64,000 nucleotides of DNA from Candidatus Nomurabacteria bacterium (GTDB lineage Bacteria > Patescibacteriota > Minisyncoccia > Phycocordibacterales > SBAW01): positions 551 through 64,550 of the forward strand of contig CALRFF010000003.1 of assembly GCA_943356495.1 (NCBI GenBank). The letters run 5' to 3'. The first letter of the stretch is position 1. Each line of letters starts with the position of its first letter. The position numbers and the translations under genes were made by a program. The notes under the pieces are model-generated. The model made no database searches. It was not told where the DNA came from and saw nothing but the letters and a program-made list of their open reading frames with translations. Positions 49,180 through 64,000 of the stretch are shown one piece after another.

Positions 49180-51132
49180 TTACGCCAACTCAAAGTCCAG
49201 CTGACGACTAGCCAAGTCGGCCGACACCAATTTTACGCGCACGGTATCCCCGAGCGCGTATTTCTTTTTTGTCTTCTGCCCGATAAGCGCGTACTCTTTT
49301 GCCGAGTAGTTGTAAAAATCGGTGCCGATGGTGCGCACGCGCACCAACCCCTCGGCCGAGCTCAACTTTTCCTCCACATACAGGCCCCAGTCGGTAACGC
49401 CGGAGATAACGCCGTCGAAGGTCTGCCCGACCTTGGTGCTCATAAACTCCACCAACTTGTAGCGGATAGAGTCGCGCTCGGCACTGGTTGCCTTAGCCTC
49501 TTGCTCGCTTGCGGCGATGCACATTTTTTCCAAACTCACGTACTCGTCGCGGTTAATGGGGTTGCCGCTTAGGTGCGAGGCAAGTATCCGGTGCACCAAC
49601 ATGTCGGGGTAACGGCGAATAGGGGAGGTAAAGTGCGTATAAAACTCAAACGCCAGCCCGAAGTGCCCGATGTTTTTGGTCGAGTACACCGCTTTAGCCA
49701 TACTGCGCAGAGTCGCGGTGCGGATAAGCGCCGCCTCGGGCTTGCCTTCTATTTGTTTGAGTAGGTTTTGGATATCTTTGGCGGAGTACTTCTTTTTTTG
49801 TTTATTCCCGAACTCGTACCCGATAGCGCGCACAAAGGTCGCCAACTCGTCGATGCGGTCGGGCTTGGGGTCGTCGTGGATGCGGTACAAAAAGACGTAG
49901 TTTTTTTCCGGCACTTTTTTGGCAAGGTCGGAGATGTAGGTGGCCACCTCGCGGTTGGCAAGGAGCATAAACTCCTCGATAAGCCAGTTGGTGTCTATGC
50001 GGTGCTTACGAACCACCTGTAGCGGCTTGCCGTCTTTGTCTAACTCAAAACGCACTTCGTTGTCGCCAAAGTCTATGGCGCCTTCGTTGGCGCGTTGCGC
50101 GCGCATAATCGCGGCAAGTTTGAGCAGGGTATTGAGCTCGCTTAGATACGGCCCGTTTTGAGTGTCGAGCACGGCCTGAGCCTCTTCGTAACTAAAACGC
50201 TTGTTCGAGCAGATGACCGACTTTTCGAACTTGCGGGAAAGTACGCGCGCATTTTTATCGAGTGTAAACACGGCCGAAAAAGCCAGACGGTCTTCGCCCT
50301 CGCGCAGCGAGCATACGTTGCCCGAAAGCTCGTGCGGGAGCATGGGGATAGTCGCGTCTACCAAGTACACGCTGGTGCCGCGCTTAACCGCCTCGGCGTC
50401 TATGGCGGTGCCCGGCGCGCAAAAAAAGGTTGCGTCGGCGATGTGGATACCCACCTCGTAGGTGCCATCAGCTAGCTCTCGGACCGACAATGCGTCGTCA
50501 AAGTCTTTAGCATCTACCGGATCGATAGTCATGGTGGTAACACCGCGGTAGTCGGCGCGTTTGGGTACCTCGCCGGCAATAGTCGCCGCATGGTTAGCCT
50601 CCATCTTCTGCGCTTCAAGCGCCACCTCGACGGGGAACTGGGTGCGGAATCCGTGCTCAAGCACAATCGCGTTCATCTCTACCCGATGTTCGCCGGCTTT
50701 GCCGATGTTTTCGATAAGCGTACCCTTGGCGACTTTACCGTCAAAGGAGTCGAGCTTGATAAGCAGCTTCTGTCCCTCTTCGAACGTGCCGGCAACGTCT
50801 ATCGGTTTGTAAAAACGCTGGTCGTCGGCGATAACCAACCCCTTTTTAATAGTGCAGACAAACTCGGTTTTATTGCGTTCTACTATTTTTATTACTTTGC
50901 CGCTCGGGCGGGGAAACAGGCCCGTAAGCTCGACCGACACCATGTCGCCGTTAAGAGCACCCATCAACTTTTCGTTCTGTATCTCGATGTCCTCCTTTTC
51001 TTTATCATCGGGCCAAGCCACATAACCCGTCCCGCGGCGGTTTACCTGTACAATGCCCTCGACGGGCTTTTTCTGGATATGTCCTTTAGGCGCCTCCTTT
51101 TGGGGAGCGCCTGCGTGCTTTCGCTGAGGCAT
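49180..51132 (-). CDS. rnr: Ribonuclease R / RNase II family exoribonuclease (RNB domain plus S1)
   Basis: VTTMTIDPVDAKDFDDALSV, RNB motifs, C-terminal S1-like GDTVRVKLVSADL. Start trimmed to MPQRK, because the 5' 276 codons of the long ORF overlap rpsP and the KH gene. Confidence 0.8.
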   Translation of the reverse strand: MPQRKHAGAPQKEAPKGHIQKKPVEGIVQVNRRGTGYVAWPDDKEKEDIEIQNEKLMGALNGDMVSVELTGLFPRPSGKVIKIVERNKTEFVCTIKKGLVIADDQRFYKPIDVAGTFEEGQKLLIKLDSFDGKVAKGTLIENIGKAGEHRVEMNAIVLEHGFRTQFPVEVALEAQKMEANHAATIAGEVPKRADYRGVTTMTIDPVDAKDFDDALSVRELADGTYEVGIHIADATFFCAPGTAIDAEAVKRGTSVYLVDATIPMLPHELSGNVCSLREGEDRLAFSAVFTLDKNARVLSRKFEKSVICSNKRFSYEEAQAVLDTQNGPYLSELNTLLKLAAIMRAQRANEGAIDFGDNEVRFELDKDGKPLQVVRKHRIDTNWLIEEFMLLANREVATYISDLAKKVPEKNYVFLYRIHDDPKPDRIDELATFVRAIGYEFGNKQKKKYSAKDIQNLLKQIEGKPEAALIRTATLRSMAKAVYSTKNIGHFGLAFEFYTHFTSPIRRYPDMLVHRILASHLSGNPINRDEYVSLEKMCIAASEQEAKATSAERDSIRYKLVEFMSTKVGQTFDGVISGVTDWGLYVEEKLSSAEGLVRVRTIGTDFYNYSAKEYALIGQKTKKKYALGDTVRVKLVSADLASRQLDFELA

Positions 51133-51157
51133 TAATAACGGCAGTATAAGGCATTTA

Positions 51158-51186
51158 TTGACTTTAGGCCAGTGCATTGTTAGAGT
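51158..51186 (+). promoter_or_regulatory. Sigma70-like promoter (TTGACT-N17-TAGAGT) upstream of rpsP
   Basis: Read directly; 37 nt before the rpsP ATG. Confidence 0.45.
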
Positions 51187-51222
51187 GTCTTTATTCCCGC
51201 TCAGGCGGGTATTTTTAAGAAA

Positions 51223-51609
51223 ATGCTTACCATCCGACTCAGCCGCGTAGGACGCAAGAACGACCCGTCGTTCCGCGTTATTGTCGTGGAATCCAAGCGC
51301 AAGCCCCAACCCGGCAATTATCTCGAAAACGTCGGCTCGTACGATCCGCGTGTTGACCGCGTAGAGTTGAAGGCCGACCGCATCAAGTACTGGATCTCGA
51401 TGGGCGCTACGGTTAGCGACACCGTGCACAACATCCTCGTTTCGCAAAAAGTTATTGACGGCAAAAAAATAAACATTTTGCCTAAGTTTAAAGCGCCTGA
51501 GGCTGCTCCTGTTGCCGAGGCTCCCGCGGCTGCGGCAGAGGCTCCGGTTGCGGAGGTTGCCGTAGAAGACGCTCCGGCAGAAGCACCTGCTCCTGAGGCG
51601 GGTGTATAA
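51223..51609 (+). CDS. rpsP: 30S ribosomal protein S16 with an Ala/Pro-rich C-terminal extension
   Basis: MLTIRLSRVGRKNDPSFRVIVVES...GSYDPR. Confidence 0.9.
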   Translation: MLTIRLSRVGRKNDPSFRVIVVESKRKPQPGNYLENVGSYDPRVDRVELKADRIKYWISMGATVSDTVHNILVSQKVIDGKKINILPKFKAPEAAPVAEAPAAAAEAPVAEVAVEDAPAEAPAPEAGV

Positions 51610-51639
51610 TTGCAGGTAATTACAAATAAATATACTGAC

Positions 51640-52005
51640 ATGGCAGAGAAAGACCAAGAGTTTTTGGAATTCGTAGTAAAAGGTCTCGTCGAGCATCCGC
51701 AGGACGTTAAGGTGTCGCGCGTGGTCGACGAGATGGGTGTGCTTTTGACGCTCGACCTTAACGCCGACGACATGGGCAAGGTTATCGGCCGCTCGGGCAA
51801 CACCGCTAAAGCTATCCGCACCCTTTTGCGCGTTGTGGGTATGAAAAACAGCGCCCGCGTAAATCTTAAAATAAACGAGCCGGCCGGCGGCCGCGCCGAT
51901 GCCGGTGGCGCCGCAGCCCAAGGGTGGGACGGCACGCACGCCGCGCCGACCGCTCCGCAAATGAAGTCGATAGACGAAGCAATGGGCGACCTGGGCAACT
52001 TCTAG
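51640..52005 (+). CDS. KH-domain RNA-binding protein (YlqC family), a conserved rpsP neighbour
   Basis: FVVKGLVEHPQDVKVS...GKVIGRSGNTAKAIRTLLRV. Confidence 0.75.
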   Translation: MAEKDQEFLEFVVKGLVEHPQDVKVSRVVDEMGVLLTLDLNADDMGKVIGRSGNTAKAIRTLLRVVGMKNSARVNLKINEPAGGRADAGGAAAQGWDGTHAAPTAPQMKSIDEAMGDLGNF

Positions 52006-52006
52006 C

Positions 52007-52657
52007 TTGCAATTTCACGTAGTTACATTATTTCCTGAAGTAGTAGACGCCTATGCGGCGGCGTCTATTCTTGGTCGCGCACAAAAGGAGAAGCTTTTGA
52101 AGGTAAAAACCTACCAACTGCGCGACACGGCAGGGAATAAGTGGGGCAAAGTAGACGAGCGCCCGTATGGCGGCGGTCCGGGGATGGTCCTGCGCGCCGA
52201 GCCGGTTATCAAAGCCGTCGAAAAAATTCGGAAGGCTAAACCTTCCAGTAAGGTTCTGATTACGTCGGCGGGAGGAAAGCCGTTTACGAACGCCTACGCG
52301 AAATCGCTTTTGAAATACAAAAATGTGGTTATTGTCTGTGGGCGGTACGAGGGCATAGACGTGCGCGCCAAAAAGGCGCTCAAAGCCGAGGAAGTCTCGG
52401 TCGGCCCGTACATTTTGACCGGCGGCGAGGTGCCCGCAATGGCTATCATCGACGCAACCGCGCGCCAGATACCGGGCGTGCTCGGCAAGTTTGAAAGTCT
52501 GGAGGAAGGTCGGGTAGCCAGCCACGACATGTACACGCGCCCCGAGGTGTTGAAGGTACAAGGCAAAAACTTGCGCGTGCCTAAGGTCCTACTCTCCGGC
52601 CATCACGCCAAGATGGATGAGTGGAAGAACAAACGCCGGAGCAACCCTAAACAATAG
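52007..52657 (+). CDS. trmD: tRNA (guanine37-N1)-methyltransferase
   Basis: YGGGPGMVL, VIVCGRYEGIDVR, GPYILTGGEVPAMAIIDA. Confidence 0.9.
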   Translation: MQFHVVTLFPEVVDAYAAASILGRAQKEKLLKVKTYQLRDTAGNKWGKVDERPYGGGPGMVLRAEPVIKAVEKIRKAKPSSKVLITSAGGKPFTNAYAKSLLKYKNVVIVCGRYEGIDVRAKKALKAEEVSVGPYILTGGEVPAMAIIDATARQIPGVLGKFESLEEGRVASHDMYTRPEVLKVQGKNLRVPKVLLSGHHAKMDEWKNKRRSNPKQ

Positions 52658-52734
52658 AGGTGTATAAGTGGGGTTGACCTACAAACAGCCCCGAGCTATC
52701 TTCGGAGAAGTTGCAACCGAGGGAGAGAAGCTCA

Positions 52735-52893
52735 ATGAGTCAGCAGCAGGCTGAAGCGTCGTCGAGCATTCCGGAGGGTTGGCACAAAGATGTGTCGCCC
52801 CACTACATCGGCAAGGGGATGGCAACGCCCATCCTTCGGCAGGCCCCGCCGCCCGCCCCCAACCCGCAGACCGTGACCCCGCCCGGCCGCTAG
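52735..52893 (+). CDS. Small hypothetical protein (52 aa)
   Basis: ggagag RBS 6 nt upstream of ATG. Terminator at 52915-52945. Confidence 0.35.
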   Translation: MSQQQAEASSSIPEGWHKDVSPHYIGKGMATPILRQAPPPAPNPQTVTPPGR

Positions 52894-52914
52894 CACGGTT
52901 CGATTTTTAAGAGA

Positions 52915-52945
52915 CGCCGCCTGAGACTCCTCGGGCGGCTTTTTT
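52915..52945 (+). terminator. Rho-independent terminator
   Basis: GCCGCC-tgagactcctc-GGGCGGC followed by TTTTTTAT. Confidence 0.75.
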
Positions 52946-52951
52946 ATGTAT

Positions 52952-52979
52952 TTGACAGGTATATAGGGTCTGCTATACT
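52952..52979 (+). promoter_or_regulatory. Consensus sigma70-type promoter (TTGACA-N16-TATACT) about 180 nt upstream of rpoBC
   Basis: Read directly. It leaves a long leader (52980-53158). Confidence 0.55.
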
Positions 52980-53158
52980 CGATAGCGAAACCAACGGGGG
53001 CTCCGCAAGGAGCAGATTGCGTATCGAGTGGGGGTTTCGATACAAAGAGTGCGACAGATTTTATAAAGCTTCATAAAGAAGCTAGAGGGAGTTGTATGCT
53101 CCCGCTCTTTTCGTGTTTTTAGCCGCAACACATTACTAATTCTTCACCCCACACTCAT

Positions 53159-60019
<6,861 letters not shown>

Positions 60020-60032
60020 GAACATATTAGAA

Positions 60033-60067
60033 AACAAAAAACCCGAGGTGAAAACCTCGGGTTTTTG
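60033..60067. terminator. Bidirectional rho-independent terminator after rpoBC
   Basis: AAAACAAAAAACCCGAGGTGAAAACCTCGGGTTTTTGG. Confidence 0.8.
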
Positions 60068-60081
60068 GTACTCTATACGCT

Positions 60082-61686
60082 ATGGACCCGCAGGTACAGC
60101 AGATTAAAGACAGGATAAATATTACCGAGGTTATCGGGCAGTATGTGCAACTTAAGCGTGCGGGGCGTAGCTGGACCGCGCGATGCCCGTTCCATAAAGA
60201 GCGCACGCCCTCCTTCCATGTCTCTCCCGAACGCGGGACCTATATGTGCTTCGGCTGCGGCGAAAAAGGCGACGTATTTTCTTTTATCCAAAAAATGGAC
60301 GGGATAGACTTCCCAACGGCGCTCAAACAGATGGCCGAAAAGGCGGGGATTAAGCTCGAGCCGAGGCAGCAGCGCCCACCGGAGGAAAAAGAAAAAGAGG
60401 AGCGCCTGCGCGAAGTGTGCGAGGCGGCGGTCAAGTTTTTTGAAGCGGAGCTTAAGAAGCACAAAGAGGTACAAGAGTATGTGCGCACCCGCGGTGTAAA
60501 AGACGAGACTACTGCCGCTTGGCGCTTGGGGTATGCCCCCGCCACGTGGGACGCGTTGTCTAAACATCTGCAGGGTTTAGGGTGGGGTAACAGCGAAATT
60601 GTTGATGCGGGTTTTGCCGTGCGCTCGGAGAAAAAACAAGGCGAGATTTTTGACCGCTTTCGCGGCCGGATTATCTTCCCTATTTTTGATGTAGCCGGCG
60701 CGCCTATTGCGGTGTCGGGGCGCTTCTTCGAGAAGGTGCCTAATAGCCGCGAGGACGGTGAGCCTGCCAAGTATGTAAACTCTCCCGAGACCGCGCTGTT
60801 TAAAAAGTCGCGCGTGCTTTATGGGCTCGACCGCGCGCGCGGCAGTATCCGCAAAGCCGATTGTATATTGCTGGTTGAAGGTCAGTTTGACCTGATCATG
60901 GCGCACCAATCGGGCTTGCCGTTTGCGGTAGCACTCTCCGGCACGGCGCTTACCCCCGAGCACCTGTCGCTGCTCGGCAGACTTTCTAAGCGTTTGGTGC
61001 TGGCGCTTGATGCCGACGCCGCAGGCGTGCGCTCCGGCTTAAAGTCCGCCCATATGGCGCTTGCGGCCGGTTTTGACGTTAAGGTACCGACCTTCCCGCA
61101 GGGCCAAGACCCGGCCGATGTCGCCAAACAAAACCCGGAGCTTCTTAAGGCGGCAATACGCACCAGCGCTACGGCGGTAGAGTTTTTTCTGGCTGCATCG
61201 CGTGCGGGCGTACGCGACGAGCGGGCGTACAAAAAAGTAGTAGAGACGCAGGTGCTCCCGCTTATAGCCGCCATGGGCAGCCGCATCGAGCAGGAGCACT
61301 TTATACGCATCGTTGCCGCAAAGATAGGTGTCTCCGACACGGCGGTGCGCGCCGAGGTAGACAAGCGCCCTAAGCCGGTAGAAGACGCTTCATCGGATAT
61401 TCAGCAATCGCGCGCAGAATCAACCGTAGGGCCGTTTGAAAAGAAGGTCGGTATGTTGTTGTTTTACTTTGGTCGGACGTCGGCGGTGGGCGAACAGTTA
61501 GAGGCGTTGCTCGGGGCCGAGCGGCTTGCCGAGATTGAGCAGGAGCTTGGCCCGCAGGCCGAAGCCCTGCGCTTTAAGTTTGAGGCCGAGGTGGGCGAGC
61601 ATACCGAAGAGACTATAAGCCAAGACATGCTGGGGGAGCTCCAGCGGGTGGTAGAGAAGGAGCGTTTCAAAATGAAATTTTTGTGA
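60082..61686 (+). CDS. dnaG: DNA primase
   Basis: Zinc-binding CPFHKERTPSFHV...CFGCG and TOPRIM ILLVEGQFDLIM. Confidence 0.9.
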   Translation: MDPQVQQIKDRINITEVIGQYVQLKRAGRSWTARCPFHKERTPSFHVSPERGTYMCFGCGEKGDVFSFIQKMDGIDFPTALKQMAEKAGIKLEPRQQRPPEEKEKEERLREVCEAAVKFFEAELKKHKEVQEYVRTRGVKDETTAAWRLGYAPATWDALSKHLQGLGWGNSEIVDAGFAVRSEKKQGEIFDRFRGRIIFPIFDVAGAPIAVSGRFFEKVPNSREDGEPAKYVNSPETALFKKSRVLYGLDRARGSIRKADCILLVEGQFDLIMAHQSGLPFAVALSGTALTPEHLSLLGRLSKRLVLALDADAAGVRSGLKSAHMALAAGFDVKVPTFPQGQDPADVAKQNPELLKAAIRTSATAVEFFLAASRAGVRDERAYKKVVETQVLPLIAAMGSRIEQEHFIRIVAAKIGVSDTAVRAEVDKRPKPVEDASSDIQQSRAESTVGPFEKKVGMLLFYFGRTSAVGEQLEALLGAERLAEIEQELGPQAEALRFKFEAEVGEHTEETISQDMLGELQRVVEKERFKMKFL

Positions 61687-61707
61687 TATATTGATATCCA
61701 ATCAAGC

Positions 61708-62943
61708 ATGGCTAAAAAGAAGGCTAAAAAGACCGCGCGGCGCCCAAAAAACGCCGTGAAGGCTAAGAGGTTTAAGCTGGCCGCCCAAAAGCGTCGGGCG
61801 AAACTCATACCTAAAAAGAAAAAAGTCGCCAAGAAAGTGGTCCCCGTAGTGAAGCTCTCACCCAAGGCCGCGCGCAAAGAGGCCGATAACAACAAAAAAG
61901 CCGAGGCTCTGTTGGCCCACGGCCGCCAGCGCGGGTTTGTCACCTACGACGAGATTTTAAAATCGTTCCCTAATATCGAAACCGACGTCAACTTTTTGGA
62001 AGAGTTGTACGAAAAATTTTCGGTCGCGCACATCGACGTGCTCGAGGGCGGTGGCATGCTCGAGATTACCGAAGAGCCGCTGGAAAAAGGCTACAGTCGC
62101 AGCGACTCCAGCTACGACTCGATACAAATGTACCTGCGCGAGATAGGCAAGTACCCGCTCTTAAATGCCGAGGAGGAGCGCACGCTTGCTAAACGCATCG
62201 TCGACGGCGACAGTGAGGCCCGCAACCTGCTCGCCCGCGCCAACCTGCGCTTGGTCGTGTCTATCGCTAAAAAGTATGTAGGCCGCTCGCCCGACCTTAC
62301 GCTGCTTGACCTTATCCAAGAGGGCAACCTAGGCCTCTTTAAAGCCGTGGACAAGTTTGACTACACCAAGGGCTACAAATTTAGCACCTATGCCACGTGG
62401 TGGATACGCCAAGCTATTACCCGCGCGCTTGCCGACCAAAGCCGCACGATCCGTATCCCCGTGCACATGGTCGAAACCATCGCCAAGTACAAGCAGGTCT
62501 CCCGCCGTTTGGCGCAGGACCTCGGCCGCGACCCATTGGCCGAAGAGATAGCACTCGAAATGGGCGTTGATGTAGAAAAAATTTACCAAATAGAAAAGAT
62601 AGACCAAGACACGGTATCGCTTGAGTCGCCGGTAGGTAGCGACGACGACGACGGCAAGTCGGTCTTGGGCGACTTTATTAAAGACGACAAAATACTGTCC
62701 CCCGACCAAGAGGTGTCGCGCCGTATACTCGGCGACCAGCTTAAAGAGATTTTAGACGAGCTATCGCCCAAAGAACGCGAGATACTGAAACTCCGCCATG
62801 GGTTGGAAGACGGTATTTACCACACGCTCGAAGAGGTGGGTAAAAAGTTCGGCGTTACCCGCGAGCGCATCCGCCAGATCGAAGCTAAAGCATTAGAGCG
62901 CATCCGCACGCACGAAAAGGCCAAGCGCCTCCGCAGTTACTAA
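61708..62943 (+). CDS. rpoD: Primary RNA polymerase sigma factor (sigma70) with a lysine-rich N terminus
   Basis: [11 protein letters not shown], region 2 [13 protein letters not shown]...[37 protein letters not shown], region 4 [23 protein letters not shown]. Confidence 0.9.
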   Translation: MAKKKAKKTARRPKNAVKAKRFKLAAQKRRAKLIPKKKKVAKKVVPVVKLSPKAARKEADNNKKAEALLAHGRQRGFVTYDEILKSFPNIETDVNFLEELYEKFSVAHIDVLEGGGMLEITEEPLEKGYSRSDSSYDSIQMYLREIGKYPLLNAEEERTLAKRIVDGDSEARNLLARANLRLVVSIAKKYVGRSPDLTLLDLIQEGNLGLFKAVDKFDYTKGYKFSTYATWWIRQAITRALADQSRTIRIPVHMVETIAKYKQVSRRLAQDLGRDPLAEEIALEMGVDVEKIYQIEKIDQDTVSLESPVGSDDDDGKSVLGDFIKDDKILSPDQEVSRRILGDQLKEILDELSPKEREILKLRHGLEDGIYHTLEEVGKKFGVTRERIRQIEAKALERIRTHEKAKRLRSY

Positions 62944-62980
62944 AAAGAAAAGGCCGCCCTTACTTGGGCGGCCGGTTTGG
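62944..62980. terminator. Hairpin terminator after rpoD (GGCCGCCC-ttactt-GGGCGGCC)
   Basis: Read directly. A-run on the plus side (the T-run is on the minus strand). Confidence 0.5.
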
Positions 62981-63076
62981 GTTGCTGGGTTTGGGGCAGG
63001 CAATGCCCCACGCAATAAGCACTACCACAGCCGCGAGGCCAAGGTAGCCGATAATTTCTGCTATCCTTTGAGCCAT
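62960..63076 (-). CDS. Possible small membrane protein (38 aa)
   Basis: MAQRIAEIIGYLGLAAVVVLIAWGIACPKP hydrophobic helix. Weak call. Confidence 0.25.
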   Translation of the reverse strand: MAQRIAEIIGYLGLAAVVVLIAWGIACPKPSNPNRPPK

Positions 63077-63133
63077 CACGCACCTCACACTACTGCAACT
63101 CGCTCTTTTTTTTGTACACAATATACTGGAGTT

Positions 63134-64000
63134 ATGCAAGGAAAACGGCGGGCAAAAGCGCCGACACTGCCTATCAAACACTGGAGCCACTCGAGCTTGA
63201 TGGCTTTTTTGCGCAACCCTTTGGCGTGGCATAAGCGGTATGTCGAGCAGGTGTATGACACGCCCTCGGGGCCCGCGGGTGTGGTGGGCCGTGCGGCGCA
63301 CACGGCGCTCCAGCACTACTACGGCGGGATAGACAAAGAGGGGGCTACGGCGCTCGGGCTCGAGTACCTGCGCGGGGTGAGCGACTTTGAGATTAACTTC
63401 GGCAAGGCAAAAAGCAAGGCCGCCAAACGCAAAAAGCGCGAAACAATGGAGCGCGAGTACCTGCAGGCGGTTGGCTTTTACCTCGAGCGTCCGCCAAGGT
63501 ACAAGGTGCTTGGGGTCGAGGTTAAAGCAATCGTTGAGGTATCGGGTTTGCCTCTACCCATTAAAGCAGTCTCGGACTTGGTGGTACAAAGCGGCGTCGA
63601 CCCGCGCGGGGTCGACGTGGTGGACCATAAATTCGTGGCGGCTTTTACGCCGCACAAAGGGGACAAGGCGCTTTTTATACTACAGGCTATTTTTAACTAT
63701 TACACGGTCAAAAAAACATTTAACAAACCGGTACGGCGCTTTATTATCCATGAGTGCAAAATCTCGCGCAATGCCGACGGCAAACCGCAGATGCGTCGGC
63801 ACATTATAGACTTCCGCCCGTTTAGAGAAGAATTTATTATCTTTAACCGGCTTGTCCGCGACGCCACCGCAGCGCTCGCAAACATGAAGGTATTTTTACC
63901 CAACCCCTCAGACATGTTTGAAGGGGAAAATAGTTTCGATATTTATCGCATCAACCTGCCGCGCGAGGAGTCCGACGCGCACTTTAGACCCGAGGAGTAA
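63134..64000 (+). CDS. PD-(D/E)XK-superfamily nuclease (RecB/Cas4-like fold, no Cys cluster)
   Basis: N-terminal HWSHSSLMAFLRNPLAWHKRY and a D...D-x-K core (VSDLVV...VDVVDHKF). The stop TAA occupies the last three bases of the window. Confidence 0.55.
   Translation: MQGKRRAKAPTLPIKHWSHSSLMAFLRNPLAWHKRYVEQVYDTPSGPAGVVGRAAHTALQHYYGGIDKEGATALGLEYLRGVSDFEINFGKAKSKAAKRKKRETMEREYLQAVGFYLERPPRYKVLGVEVKAIVEVSGLPLPIKAVSDLVVQSGVDPRGVDVVDHKFVAAFTPHKGDKALFILQAIFNYYTVKKTFNKPVRRFIIHECKISRNADGKPQMRRHIIDFRPFREEFIIFNRLVRDATAALANMKVFLPNPSDMFEGENSFDIYRINLPREESDAHFRPEE

Noticed and set aside
51133-51960. N-terminal 276 codons of the long rnr ORF
   Set aside because: They overlap rpsP and the KH gene on the opposite strand. 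RNase R homology begins only near MPQRK, so the start was moved to 51132.

Overview
This 64 kb window reads as a compact chromosomal segment of a streamlined bacterium, about 60 % GC and almost fully coding. Housekeeping genes are interleaved with an unusually rich set of cell-surface and secreted proteins. The housekeeping set is glycolysis and non-oxidative pentose-phosphate genes (gap, rpiB, an rpe-like gene, and a transketolase split into N and C subunits), a PfkB sugar kinase divergent from a class II aldolase, and ribosomal proteins (L25, L31, S2, S16, L32). Translation and RNA genes are prfA (RF1), a short tsf, one tRNA-Thr(TGT), pheS/pheT, trmD and a KH protein. DNA and transcription genes are gyrB, a truncated thrS, dnaE, rnhB, a nusB-Nudix fusion, rnc, a second Nudix gene, a short SMC, rnr, a single-ORF rpoB-rpoC fusion, dnaG and rpoD. 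The accessory content includes a very large protein, truncated at the 5' end, that combines LamG, SPRY and an ALK-like glycine-rich domain with duplicated terminal modules. A '23S rRNA intervening-sequence' four-helix-bundle gene lies in a repeat-rich patch next to a signal peptidase I gene. There is a 1048-aa secreted protein with seven EAR/EPTP-like beta-propeller blades flanked by Ig-like modules. A low-GC islet carries a GIY-YIG nuclease and a serine hydrolase. A sortase gene sits beside a tandem-repeat protein that has a VPYTG sorting-like motif. A CRTAC1/FG-GAP/UnbV protein is fused to a polytopic membrane domain. The window also contains an Lnt-like acyltransferase, a PaaK/CapK-like adenylate-forming enzyme, a processive GT2 glycosyltransferase with a thioredoxin-like partner, and a PD-(D/E)XK nuclease at the 3' edge. 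Many housekeeping proteins are domain-minimal, which is compatible with a Patescibacteria/CPR-like reduced genome, though that is not proven. I found no CRISPR array, no reverse transcriptase or DGR, no rRNA, and no transposase.
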